From: Paraspadella gotoi
Lineage: Eukaryota > Animalia > Chaetognatha
NCBI GenBank assembly: GCA_051294375.1
Contig: CM119265.1
Location: 8,192,772 to 8,256,771 of the forward strand
Length of the DNA stretch: 64,000 nt
Reading direction: 5' to 3'
Below are positions 27,164-39,886 of the stretch, one piece after another. The notes beneath the pieces were generated by a model that had not been told where the DNA came from, did no database searches, and saw nothing but the letters and a program-made list of their open reading frames with translations. Numbering within the stretch: the stretch's first letter is position 1; each line of letters begins with the position of its first letter. The translations under genes were made by a program, and so were the position numbers.

Positions 27164-29915
27164 TCTTCTCTCCGTCTCTCTTCACTCTCTCTCTCTCTCT
27201 CTCCCCCTCACGCCCTTCCGGCTTCTTTCCTTTTTCCGCTCCACTTCCTCTTCTTCTTCCGCTTACCAGTCCAGACGGGAGCCAGACGTTGCCGGCGCCA
27301 GCAGCTTATCGTTGGTCAAATTTTGCAGACACTGATAAAGAACGACAACTTCGCAAAATGCAACAATTGACCAATAAAGTTGGGCTTTCCTCAACCGCTA
27401 TGCGTCTCCGCAGGCTTCGGAGCGTACGGAGTCTATGCCAGGTGAGGGACGCTTGCGCATAATTATAAGTTTTGAAACTTCTGGTTTAATTTTTATCAGC
27501 AACATTTTAACGCTTTAATTATATTACATTAGTCGGTCTTCTTTTGATTTACTTACCTTTTAATTTGTTTTCGAATCTCGGGAAATTGATTGACGAACCT
27601 TGAAAAAAACTTACCCAGGAACTCTCCCCTCCCCCCCACCGACCCTGCAGCAGGTAATGGGCCACAAGCGCAGCGATGAATCGCCGCGGGAGCAACTTCC
27701 GCACAACGCCGCCGCGCGCGTCGGCCCAGCAGCCGGCAGCAGGTGATTCATAGGCGGAGATTTGGGGACAGTCGATTTTTTTTTTTTTTTCCTTTTTCCC
27801 CTCGTTCGTTGTTCGTTTGGTTTAAATTATTGTCGATATTGGTTTAAAACCGTTTAGTTTAGGACGTTTTAATTAAAAATAGTTTTCGTTCAATCTTGAA
27901 ACTCAACAAAACTAGATTTGTTTTTTGAGATTTTTTTTTTCGCGCGACTTCGGTCGTAGTAAAACCGCCGCTACAGCTCCTACAGCTTATTGCTTTCACA
28001 TTTTTTTTTTTTTAATCTGACCGACTAACCTAAATAGCGAACAACCCGTTTCCGAATAAAACTAATTAACTTTCGATTAACTTGAACGATAATTTTCCTT
28101 TTAGTTATTTTAAAGCTAAATTTTTACTGACGAATATTTATTTTTTACTGCGTATTTTTTTAGAACCCTCACGAACCCTCGCGCGTATCGTTTTTCGCTC
28201 CCCCCCCTCCTCTTACCCCCCTCCCGTACACATTCCTCCCATCCATATCCGCCCCTTCACATCCCACCCCCTTCTCTTGGAAAACCGGAAGGACCATTGT
28301 CACGGCACAAACCGGCGCCTTCGTGGGCGGTATAACGGGCGTCGCCGGTTACGAGAATCAACGCCGTCCGTGTCACGTGATGCCGTTCGAATCACAAGCG
28401 CGTGAGTCTCTCTCTCTCTCTCTCTTTTTCTCTCTCTTCTCTCTCTCTCTCTTCTCCTCTCTCTCTCTCTGCCTCTCCTCTCCTTCTCTCTCTCCTCTCT
28501 CTTCCAGCCTTACACCAATTTTCTCTCTCTCACTTCCCTAGTATTTTAACCTCACTTCCATTCTTTTGGGAGTCAAAATTCTTTTGGGCAAACAGGAGTG
28601 ACACAGCAGCGGACTCAAACAAGACGAAAACTGAGGCCGCGGAGATAATTAAAGTAGCGAGGGTTGAGACTTTAGCGAGAGAGAGAGTAGAGAGAGAGAG
28701 AGAGAGCGAGATGCAGAGAGAGAGAGGAGAGTAGGCAAAGATAAAGAAAGAAAAAAAAAGTTTCAAAGGTCGACTCATACGACATCAGTGCTCGAAGAAA
28801 AACGAAGCGACAGTCAACGCGAAGATGAAACAAAATGACAAAAAAAAAGAAGAAGAAAAAAAGAAAAATAAAAGAAAAAAAAAACGAGGAGAACGTTGAC
28901 GTCAGAAAGAACATTTCCGGTCATCGCCACAAATCCGAAAACGAGGTCGAAGGAAAAAGAGGGAGTCAATTGACGACGACAATGACGACGACGGCGGTGA
29001 CAGGACGATAGTTTTCGACAAAGGCTCGTTTCAGGTTTTAACTTCGAGACGGCGCTTCTCTCCGCTGCCCCTACAGATTTAAAACCGTGCGCGCCATCTT
29101 CGAAATCTTTCTTTTTTTTCTTACTTTTTCGTTTCTCGATCTTTTTTTTTTTTATTCTTCGCCGACGATCGCCTTTTTCGATCTGACGAGACGAAAGACC
29201 TCGGGAAGGAGATACAGGAAAACAGACCAAAGAGGAGATATAAGAAAAGAAGGAGAAATAAGAAAAGAAGATTTAAACAAGAAGGAGAAGAATGAAAAAT
29301 TAAAGTCGAAGAAGAAGAAGGAGAATACAAGAGAGAAGAGTCTTCAAACGAAATCGGGCGCCCGATGATTCCTTCAGGGAATTCTTCTCTTCTCTCGTCT
29401 CTCTCTCTCTCTCTCATCTTCTCTCTCTCTCTTCTCTCATCTCTCTCTCTCTCTCTCTCTCTAACCCTTTCCCGATGAAAAAATAATTTAAGCACTGTAA
29501 AAAGTAAGAACGAAAGAGAAAAGTATGCAAGTTGAGGCAGGAGACGAGAGGAGAAAAAACTAAAAAGAGAAGAAGGAGAAAATGAGATTGGGGAAAAGGA
29601 AAAGATAAACCAAAGGAACATGAGAAAGAGAAGAAGAAAAGACAAAGGGAAGGTAGGAAAAGAGGGAATAAAAGGAAAGAAGAATCATCGAAGCGCGGGA
29701 GGAAGGGGGGGGGAGGGAGGGAGGCGAAATAAAAAAAAGGGTCGTTTTTCTGTCGCTTTCACGGAATTTCGAGTCGCCAAACAAAAGACGAAAGATTATT
29801 AGTTGAGCGAAACGAGGAGAAAAAAAAAGCATCTCTCTCACTCTCTCTCTCTCTCTCTTCTTTCTCTCTGGCTGTCTGGTTTGTCTGTTTGCCAGTCTGT
29901 CTGACTCTTATCTCT

Positions 29916-29985
<70 letters not shown>

Positions 29986-30101
29986 CTCTTCTCCTCTTTC
30001 TCTCTGGCTGTCTGTTTGCCTGTCTGTCTCTGTCTGTCTGTATCTCTTCCTGTCTGTCTGTTTTCTTATCTTCTTTTCTCTCTCTCTCTCTCTCTCTCTC
30101 T

Positions 30102-30161
<60 letters not shown>

Positions 30162-33100
30162 CCTCGCTTCTCCATCTATCTATCTCCCTTGGTCGCCCAC
30201 CCCGCGACGATTAGGGTGGGCGCGGCCCGGACAACCCAATTGCGTCTCGCCGGCGGAAGCGTTGGCGACTTCTTTTTTATCCGCCGCCCGCACCTCATTG
30301 TCTACAGCCCCACCCTAACCCCTCATTCCAGACCCCGGCGGCAAAACGAATCGACCATCTCCCCTCCACTCCGCCTTCCGTCAAAAAGTCTCGGCCGATT
30401 TCCGGCTTCTCGGTTCCTCGCCGTTTCATATATTTCCTCGACCACAGCTTCTAATTTCCGGCCAGGCCCCCGCTTTTGTTTTTCCTATAAAACCTTAAGG
30501 GCGCCGAGATCGGTTTCTCGCAAATTCGACGCTTTTTCTCGTCGCGCTATCGTCGTCGTCATCGTCGTCGTGTTTCATCGTCGGTTCGTGTTGTCGTCCA
30601 TCTCCGTCGTCGTCGCGGGACGTCGTCGTCCCCCGCGAACGTCGGCCGGTTCGGTCAAAGACCGCCTCTGTCGTCGCGGGAGAAATCGAAAAACCCGGGA
30701 AACAAAAAAAAAAACAAACATAAGGCCATCGCGACGATAAAGACAAGAAAAAGCGAAGACCTGATCGCCATCTGGCGACAGAGACTGGAACTTGGCGAGT
30801 TCCCAAGCGTCCGTCGATAGAGTCGACTTCCGGTAAAACTGAAATCGTTCTCCGCTGCGGTAGACGCCATCTGGAGAATGTCCATGCTGTTCTCCTGGAG
30901 GAAATGGAGACGAAGCCTGAATCTCTTTCTCTCTCTACCATCTTCTTTTCCTCAATTCCCCAGCACCTGCATCGCCTCGCCGTGTCGCGGCACCTGCAGC
31001 GAGCGGTGGCGCGGCGAAACCAGGGTCGCCGCCTCCAACCGAGATTTGCGAATCGCTTTTCCTGAGGAAGAAAAAACAGACTCTCCATTTTTTTGCCCTT
31101 TTTTGTCTATATTTTGGTCTTTTTTTTTTTTTTAAATCCATTTCAATTTTTTCGTCCATTTTCACCTTGAACATCTTCATGATTCGACTCTCTCGTCGAG
31201 GCGTCGCCGAAACGTCACCTCGAAGTCTCTCCTGGTGGAAGAGGATGATAATAATGATACGACGTGATGATCATGATGACAATAATAATGATAATGATGG
31301 AGATAATGGACGGATGAAGGTCCAGGGATAAAAATCGACTATGAACCCGCCCTCTTTCCTGACGATCATTCCGCCGCCATCGTCCTCAGCCATCCCTCGC
31401 TCTAATCCCCCTCCAACGCCACCTTTGCCCGAAACGCGACGCCTCCGTGGACGGGTCATGGCGATGAACGAGTGACGCCGAGACGACCGCGCGTGACGCA
31501 GCGGCGGAAGTTCCAGCGCGGCGGCGAGAGCGCCTCGAGTCGGACTTCGTTCGCACACGCGGGGACGACTTGAAGATGGGTGAAAGGGTCGAGGTGGGTT
31601 CGGTGGTGGGTAGGGCGGTGGGGGGATAATGGTGGTCACGATGAAAAGAAAACCTTTCTCGTCCTCCTCGAAGACTTCTTCCTCTTTTTCTTCTTCTTCT
31701 CCTTCGACTCTTTCTTCTTCTCTTCTTTCTTTCTTTCCTCCTTTTCTTTTTCTTCTCCTCCTCCTTCGTCGCCGCTGCTCGCACCTCATCCGCAGCAGCG
31801 GCAGCCGCCCCCGACGCAGCCGCCCCCGCCGCCCCAACGACGCTTTTTTTTCGCCCCTCTCGGCCCCGATGCAAGAATGAGTCTCGGGCGAAAGGCGGAG
31901 AATTTCCGCGAGGGACAACAGACGCGTTTTTAGGGCGACGCCCGCGCCACCGACTCCGCCGAAGCCGCCGCAGTTGCCGCCGCCGCCGCCGTGGTCCGCC
32001 TGTTGCGGATTCGTAGGGTAGCGGTAAGTGAGGGAGGACTGATGAAGGCGGCCTACTGTCTTCTAGCGACAACGATAATAACGCGGCAAGAGGGACCACC
32101 GACAACCGCTTAATTCGTTTCAACAACGATTCCAACTTGACCGAATCCGCCTTCACCTTTCTACTCATTCTCGTCGGTGAATCCACGAATCTTTCCGACT
32201 CGAGGAAGAAAATGATTAAGAGTCGAAGATCCGTGGATTATTTTATTGCGGAGATTCATGACTACGACGACGACGACGACGACGAAGATAACGAGACGCA
32301 AGTGAATGAGATGGATCGTCGACCGAGGCGGGAAGCGGGAAGGGGCGAGGGGGGTGGGAATTGAGGGGGTGGAGAGGTTTGAGAGGGGGTGGGAATGACG
32401 AAGGTAGAAGAGAAAGAGGATGCGGTGTCAATGAAAGTCAGCGGGGCGATGGAGGGGGGGGGGAAAGACGGGGGGAACAACGTAGACGTAGACAACAAGA
32501 AATGAAGGACGAGGTTTGATGTAGGTCCAGAGACATCGGAAGAAGAGCGAGGAAGAGAAGGTAAGAAGAAGCGAAGTTTTCTTTATCTTCGGTCGTCCGG
32601 AACGGACAGAGAAAACGGTGGGTGAAAAGAAAAAACCGAAAAACGTGAATTTTCACTTAACCAGAGGAGTGACGATTCCGACTCCTGCCCCTCCTTCACA
32701 CCGCCTTTTTCATCAGACGACCTCTTCTCCACCTCTGCTGTGATCCCTCGAGGCCTCGCGTGTCCCTTGACCTCCTTCACGATGTCCGCGTATCGATCTT
32801 CACTTCTCGACTTTTCCCTCCCTCGACTCGATCTTTCTCGCTCCTTCTCGACGACCTCGGTCGACCCGCCTTGTGACTCCTATCCTCGACTCTGGGTCGG
32901 CGTCGGCCCGTCGCTTTGGCGTCGCTGCTCCACGATGGATTTAGGCGACGCGGCTGATGAAGCGGCCGCGAAGTCCGCGTAGAAGTCTGAGGGTTTGTGG
33001 GCGTGGCTATGACGTAGATGTGGTTTGTGGGTGTTGGTGTTGCAGTGGGCGTGCCGTAACTTACTTCAAGAGTACGGCGAATTATAAAAAAACGTGACCG

Positions 33101-35916
33101 AATTCTCGTCCGAGACAAAACGGACATTCTAACAAACTTAACTCGTGTCATTCGGCGCAAACCTTATTCCCGCCTTTCTAACGATCCTTCTCACTGGCCT
33201 CTGGCGGCGGTTGGGTCTTTCTCCGCTTGACGACGGACGATTCCGACTTCGAGGCGCCTCCTCGGAGGCGGTGGTTTGTCCGGAGTCGAGAGGCGCACGG
33301 GATCTCCGTTTTTGACTTTTTCTTCGGTGTCTTTTTTTTTTAAATAAAGTTGAAAGAAGTTATTGTACGACTTGTTGCTAATCTTTTTAACCTTAACAAT
33401 ACAATTTTATGCAAAAAAAAAAAAAAAAAAAAAAAAATTGTGAATTTGTATCTTTTTTAACATTAACTCGCCATTTTGTGAATGTCCCTCTTCGAATCTT
33501 TCTTCTAGTTTTCGTCCATTTTTGATTCCACAAGTTTATTTTCTCTATTTGCTAAACAGTTTCTTTTTACTCATTTAATATTTTTATGGTGTATCGCATT
33601 TCATGGTGAAAAAATATTGTTTTTATTCACGAATATAGAAAAAATCATTGTAGATTTCAAAAATTTTTTTTACAATAATTTTACGTACAAACAACGATAT
33701 CTAGCCTAAAACGGGTACACAGGATCCGTGGTATTTGGTCTTACCCCTCACGCCCATTTCCGCTTCTTCCGCTCCACTTCCTCTTCTTCTTCCCGCTTCC
33801 AGTCCACGGGAGCCAGACGTTGCCCGGAGCCAGCAGCTCTATCGTGGTCAAATTTGCAGACACTGATAAAGAACGACAACTTCGCAAAATGCAACAGATG
33901 ACCAATCAGTTGGGGCTCCTCAACCCGCTAGCTCTCACGCAGGCTTACGGAGCGTACGGAGTCTATGCCCAGGTGAGGGACGCGCATATTATAAGTTTGA
34001 AAACTTTGGTTTATTTATCAGCAACATATTTACCGCTTTAATTATATTACATTAGTCGGCTTCTTTGATTTACTTACCTTTAATTTGTTTTCGAATCTCG
34101 GAAATTGATTGACGAACCTTGAAAAAAACTTACCCCAGGAACCCTCTCCCCCACCGACCCTGCAGCAGGTAATGCAGCAACAAGCGGCGATGATCGCCGC
34201 GGGAGCAACTCCCAACGCCGCCGCCGCAGCCGTCGCCCAAGCAGCCGCAGCAGGTGATTCATAGGCGGAGATTTGGCGAACAGTTCGATTTTTTTTTTTC
34301 CTTTTTCCCTCGTTCGTTGTTCGTTTGTTTAAATCATTGTCGATATTGAGTTTAAAACCGTTAGTTTAGACGTTTAATTAAAATAGTTTTCGTTCAACTT
34401 GAAACTCAACAAACTAGATTTAGTTTTTGAGATTTTTTTTTTCCGCGCGACTTCGGTCGTAGTAAAACCGCCGCTAACAGCTCCTACAGCTTATTGCTTC
34501 AATTTTTTTTTTTTAAATCTGACCGACTAACTAATAAGCGACACCCGCTTCCGATAAAACTAATTAACTTTCGATTAACTTGAACGATAATTTTCTTTAT
34601 TATTTTTAAAGCTAAATTTACTGACGATAATTTCTGATTTCTATGCCGCATTTTTTTACGCAACACCCCTCACCGAACCCCCTCGCGCGGTATCGTTTTT
34701 CGCCCCTCCTCTTACCCCCCTCCCGTACACATTCCTCCCATCCATATCCGCCCTTCACATCCCACCCCCTTCTCTGGAACGGAAGGACATTGTCCGGCAC
34801 AAACCGGCCCCTTCGTGGCGTATAACGGCGTCGCCGGTTACGGAATCAACGCCGCTCCCGTGTCACGTGATGCCGTCGAATCACAACGCGCGTGAGTCTC
34901 TCTCTCTCCTCTCTCTCTCTCCTCTCTCTCTCTCCTCTCTCTCTCTCTTCTCTCTCTCTCTCTTCTCTCTCTTCCTCTCTCTCTCACCTTTATCGATGTT
35001 TCATTCACGCTAATCTCGTTACTTCCCATCACGTGCCCTTCTGCTTTCATCATCGCCATTTTTTTTATTAGTTTTTTTCTTTTCTTTATTTTTATGTTTT
35101 TCATTCCGATTTTTCTTTTTTTTTTAATCGTCAGACGTAGTAAAAAACAATATTTAATTAAAAAAAAAAAAAACTTTAACGAATTCAGAGTAAAACTAAT
35201 AATAGATGAACGAACAACAAAACAAACTAACAAATAAACAAACGAACGAATGAACAAACGTAAACAACTAAACCACCGCCAAAGTCCAAGCGATCAGTGT
35301 AGGAGCGCGTTGCGAGCGGCGGTGAACTCGCGGCACCTTCACGACCGAATTAAAATTAAACTTTCTTAAAATGTGTTTAGCTTTAACACCCGTCGTTAAA
35401 ATCCGCGAGTTCGTTGTTAAAATAGTAGTAGCGTCAATCTTTAGCGTCAGTCGTAGTTTGATTTTTTTTTTTTTTTTTTTTTTTTTTGGTCTAGCCTCAC
35501 GAAACCCGCGAAAATTTAATTCGAGTTCCCCCTTCTTCAAACGCCACATCTTATTCTCCCCCCCTTTCAATCTTCGATCCAATCCACCAAACCACCAACG
35601 CCGCCACCGGTTACCACCACTTTCAACGCCCGTCTTTCCGACGCCACGACCAACCCCCCCTCCGCCCCCATGCAGCCTCCCCAGCGACGATGAACGGGGC
35701 GCCGCCGACGGTGCTCTCCCCCGCCACCGTTCCAGCGAGCGACGCCCACCCACGCCGTCTCCGCCGCCGCGCGCCGCCGCCCGCCATTTCTGCCTTTAAT
35801 GTTCAACCTCAGCGCGGTGAGGCCGGTTCGGCACGGGATGAGGAAAGAAGGCAGAAACATGAGAAAGAAAAGAAAAAAAGAAAGAAAGAAAAGAAAAGAA
35901 AGAAAGAAAGAGAGAA

Positions 35917-35948
<32 letters not shown>

Positions 35949-38022
35949 AAAAGAAAAAGAAAGAAAGAAAGAAAGAAAGAAAAAAAGAGACAAACAGAGA
36001 ATTCAATGAACTAAAAATAATCCGTAATGGAGTTCTATCCCTCACCTTCGTTTTCATCTTTAAAAATCCCCTTAACTCACTTCGCTCCGACCTCCTCCTT
36101 CCGCCCCCCCCCCCGCCTCTTTAGGTCACCCCCGCCAACTAACGCGCCACGCCGCGACGCCCGGCGAGATGTACACCAATGGAGGACTCCAATATCCAGG
36201 TTCCTTCTTTCACATCTTCAATCTCAAATATTATTCATTCTTAACATAGTCATAAATATCACTATTTTCATTGTGTAAACTACACTTTACGTATTTATAC
36301 GATTATATTTAAATATTTTTTTTGGAGATATTTATTACATTTTTTTTTACTATAATCATGACATAAATTACGATATCGTGTGCTTCGTGCCAACAGATAC
36401 ATACGTAAAATATTCAATCTCGTGTTGATGTGTTGTTGTGAATCATACTTATTTACTTTTTTTTATTTCTCGATTATCAAATTTCACCAAATAAATCCAT
36501 AAAAATAAATTCAATGATATAAACTAAGCCTCTAATCATTATTTCGCAATTCACGCTCTGTAAATTTTTTTTTAAAAAGTTAATCATTACTTTGTCTTTA
36601 ATTTCCCATTAGTGGAGATGAAATAAACATTTAGTTTAATGTTAAAAACTTTATTCGTAAATAATCATAAATATAAATATTTACGTTTATTATTTCGTTA
36701 GCTTACACACATCACCGTCTTAAATGCAAAAGTGTAACTTGAAAGGAATGTCGAGATTCTTTTTATAACCGTTGTCTTTTTGTCGTTATTCCCTTTTGTT
36801 TGGAATTTCCCTCTTTTATCCTCGTGACTCCATCTAAATGCAGAATACATGATAATCTCGTCCGGTGGCGAGGCTCAATGTAAGTTTAAAAACAAAAACT
36901 ACTGAAAGTGTTTGTGCGCAGAGTGAGCGTGAGTCGTTTTGCGAGAGATATCGAGAGAGTGGCAAAGAGAAACTTTTCAAGTGTCGTGAAAGATTGGGAG
37001 GGAAGCTTCACTTAAAGCACCCAGCTTTTTCTTAACCTCTTTCCCAAATTTTTTCTGGGCGCTTGAAAGGCCGTTTGACTTTTCTTCGCTAAAGTTGTCA
37101 TCTTGTTGTATTTAATAAAACCCTTTCAGCGCCCATTTTTATATCAGTATAATAGCTTTAATAGTTAGCGATAGTTAAGCGGAAGAACGGCTGAAAGAGA
37201 AGATCGTTTCGCACCCGAAAAAGTAATCGTTGATCGAATCGACCTTCGTGATATAAATTAGTAATTCTACCCATTGTAAATTAATTTGTCAATTTCGTTT
37301 CATCCGATCTGTTTTAATTCTTTTCTATTACATCCGGGTGACAACGATCTCGCACGTATTGCATGAGCGCCGTTCTTTTTTTTCTGCCCCTCAGTGTTAC
37401 ACTCGCATGCGTTAGTGAGATGTTAGCCTATTAGCAACCTCTTCGTCGCATCTTAATCATTTTTAAAGACTTACACAAAAAAAGAAATTTTAGCCGATTG
37501 ACGAAAAATTTAACGTTTCTTTTTTTGCCCTCGTCTCCTTTAATCTTAATCAGCTCCTGGTTTGCCAAACGAACTTCAACAAGCATACTCTGCGGCGGGG
37601 CTCCAGCCCTACGGAATTGGTAAGCAAAGATGAGATTTAAATTAATTCTCAAATGCAAATAATCGCTTTTTAATAAAAACAGAGGTGGCAATACTTTGAC
37701 TTTTAAACATGTTTTTAGAAATATCAGGAATCATGATGAAAATTTTATTGGCAAAGGATTTCAAAACCTGCGCGCATATAATCGTTTCCTTCATACGTAT
37801 TAACTTAATACTAAAACTTAATGTACTAGCGTGAATATCGAAGCTCCCGATGAAAGAATTTCTTGAAAGACTCGTGTTTTTCCATTGTTTTGACAAATTC
37901 CCTCCTTTCATCAAACAGCAGCGTACCCCACGGCGGCCTACGGGCAATTCGCGCAAGCTCTGGGTCAAGCGGCACAACTCTTACCATCCGGAACCGCACA
38001 AAGAGAAGGTGAACATCTTTGA

Positions 38023-38058
<36 letters not shown>

Positions 38059-39306
38059 CTCTCTCACTCTTCTCTCTCTCTCTCTCTCTCCTCTCTCTCT
38101 TCTCTCTCTCTCTCCTCTCATCGCAGGTCTGATTTCCATTTCAGCGCCCGGAGGGATGCAATCTTTTCATCTATCACCTTCCCCAAGAATTCGGGGACGC
38201 GGAACTCATGCAGATGTTTATGCCATTCGGAAACGTTATCTCAGCCAAGGTAAGGCAGTCGGGAGGGTAAGCGATATGTCTCGACAGAGGTGTGGCGTTA
38301 TTGTATCGGACAATTTCTGTATTAATTGGTTAAGAAGCATGACTTGAAAATATTTTTAAAAAACGAGAAATACATTTCGTTTAAACTTAAGTTGTTTCAT
38401 CAATACATCGATTACAATTTTGTTTACAATTTTTCTCTCTCTTCATTTCTCCCATCCATTCCCTACCCCCTCCCCCCACCGACACCACCGACACCACCAA
38501 CGGCCCTAGGTGTTTGTGGACAGAGCGACGAATCAAAGCAAATGTTTTGGCTTTGTTAGCTTTGACAATCCGGCGTCAGCCCCAAGCAGCGATTCAAGCC
38601 ATGAACGGATTTCAGATCGGAATGAAACGCCTAAAAGTGAGTTGAGGTAGGAGAGAGAGAGAGGAGAGAGAGAGGAGAGAGAGGAGAGCGAGAGAGAGAG
38701 AGAGAGAAGAGAGAGAAGAGAGACAGAAGCAGACGCAGACGAGACGAGAGAGAGAAGCAGCACGAGAGCGAAAACTCATTTTCACGTTTAGTGCCTTTGG
38801 CGAAGGATCGTCGGGATGTGTTGTTTTGTTTTCATCGTTTTCGGCGAATCTCGTTCGAGACGAAAGTCGTAGAAATTGGATTTGGATTTGTTTACTCGGC
38901 GTTGTTGTTGTCGTCGTCGTTGTTGTTATCCCGTAAATTGTTATTCCCGGGAAATCTTTTCTTTTTCTCTTTCATTTCTTGTTCGTTAGAAATTTCTCGC
39001 GGGTTGTATTTCCTGTTTTGATTTCGATTTCCCTTTTGTTCGAATTTTCGCGACACGATTTCTGCTGCCGCGCGCCCTCTTTTGTGTTCTGTTTATTGTG
39101 TAATTCAAATAATTCAAAACTGTTAACGCTGATGAACGCTTGTAAAACAAAAAAAGCCAAAACATGTCCGTTTTTTATTGAAAAACATATTCGTTGTCGA
39201 AACTATTTAAAACCTCTTCACTAAATGCAAATCCTTACTCATCCTCCCCCCCTCGTTTTTACAGGTACAGCTGAAGCGCCCAAAGGATGCTAGTCGACCC
39301 TACTGA
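25539..39306 (+). CDS. CELF4: CELF3-6 / Bruno-3 (UNC-75)-type RRM RNA-binding protein, 5'-partial
   Basis: GT-AG exons with compatible phases: 25539-25587 ([16 protein letters not shown]), 25756-25941 ([13 protein letters not shown]...[19 protein letters not shown]), 33803-33972 ([28 protein letters not shown]...YAQ), 34166/34169-34253, 35676-35816, 36125-36199 ([11 protein letters not shown]), 37554-37619 (LQQAYS), 37919-38008 ([11 protein letters not shown]...QRE), 38127/38145-38249 ([24 protein letters not shown]), 38510-38636 ([21 protein letters not shown]...GMKRLK), 39265-39306 ([13 protein letters not shown]). Two single-base insertions (~38145, ~38582) look like read errors. The symbol denotes the subfamily, not 1:1 orthology. 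Confidence 0.93.
27205..28500 (+). other. Noisy direct copy of ~33745-34990, including two CELF exons
   Basis: Indel-rich version of the HGSQTLPG...YAQ and QVMQQQ exons and flanks; follows the N-gap at 27096-27120. Confidence 0.85.
28512..33743 (-). other. Inverted, indel-rich copy of ~19982-25292
   Basis: Ends are reverse complements (28512 acaccaattttctctctctcacttccctagtatt vs 25260-25292; 33696 cgatatctagcctaaa vs ~20016-20032); the ORF track shows mirrored ORFs. Confidence 0.9.
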
Positions 39307-39769
39307 GTGGATCCTCGACGAACGACGAAGACGCCGCCATCTTTGTTTATATCACATTTCAATAACAAAACATCAACGTATTCTTCAAAAAATATAAACG
39401 AGCCAAAAATTGAAAACCAAAATTTATTCTATGTCAAGAAGAGAAAAAAAATCGTTTCATAGCGATTTTTTAGGATCATTGAAAGGGAAAATTTGTTACG
39501 TCGAAATTATGCGATCTTCGAAAAAGTTTTAATGTAGTGTAGGTAAGTTTCGACCCGGGAAATTTTTTCGTTAAAGAGGATAGGCAAGTTTACGAAAGAT
39601 TTTTTTAACATACAAAATTAACAGAATTTTGCCAGAGTTAATGTTTCGGAAAATATTTTTAAACAATTTAAAATAATAGCGTTTATTTTTAGATGCTGAC
39701 ATTTTTTTTTTATTTCCCCAATTTTCCATTTCCTACTTTTTTCTTAATTTCTTATCTTTCACTCTCTTT

Positions 39770-39886
39770 TCATAATCTTCTCCATCTTTTCTTCATCTTT
39801 CCCCTTTTCTTTATCTTCCCCCTTTTCTCCATCTTTCCCCCTTTTCTCCATCTTTCCCCTTTTCTCCATCTTTCCCCTTTTCTCCA
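39770..39886. repeat. ~18-bp pyrimidine-rich minisatellite (ctccatctttcccctttt)
   Basis: About six imperfect tandem copies. Confidence 0.75.

Noticed and set aside
27270-27745. Second CELF exon pair as mutually exclusive exons or a pseudogene
   Set aside because: Differences are mostly indels spread equally over exon and intron; read-level noise next to a gap.
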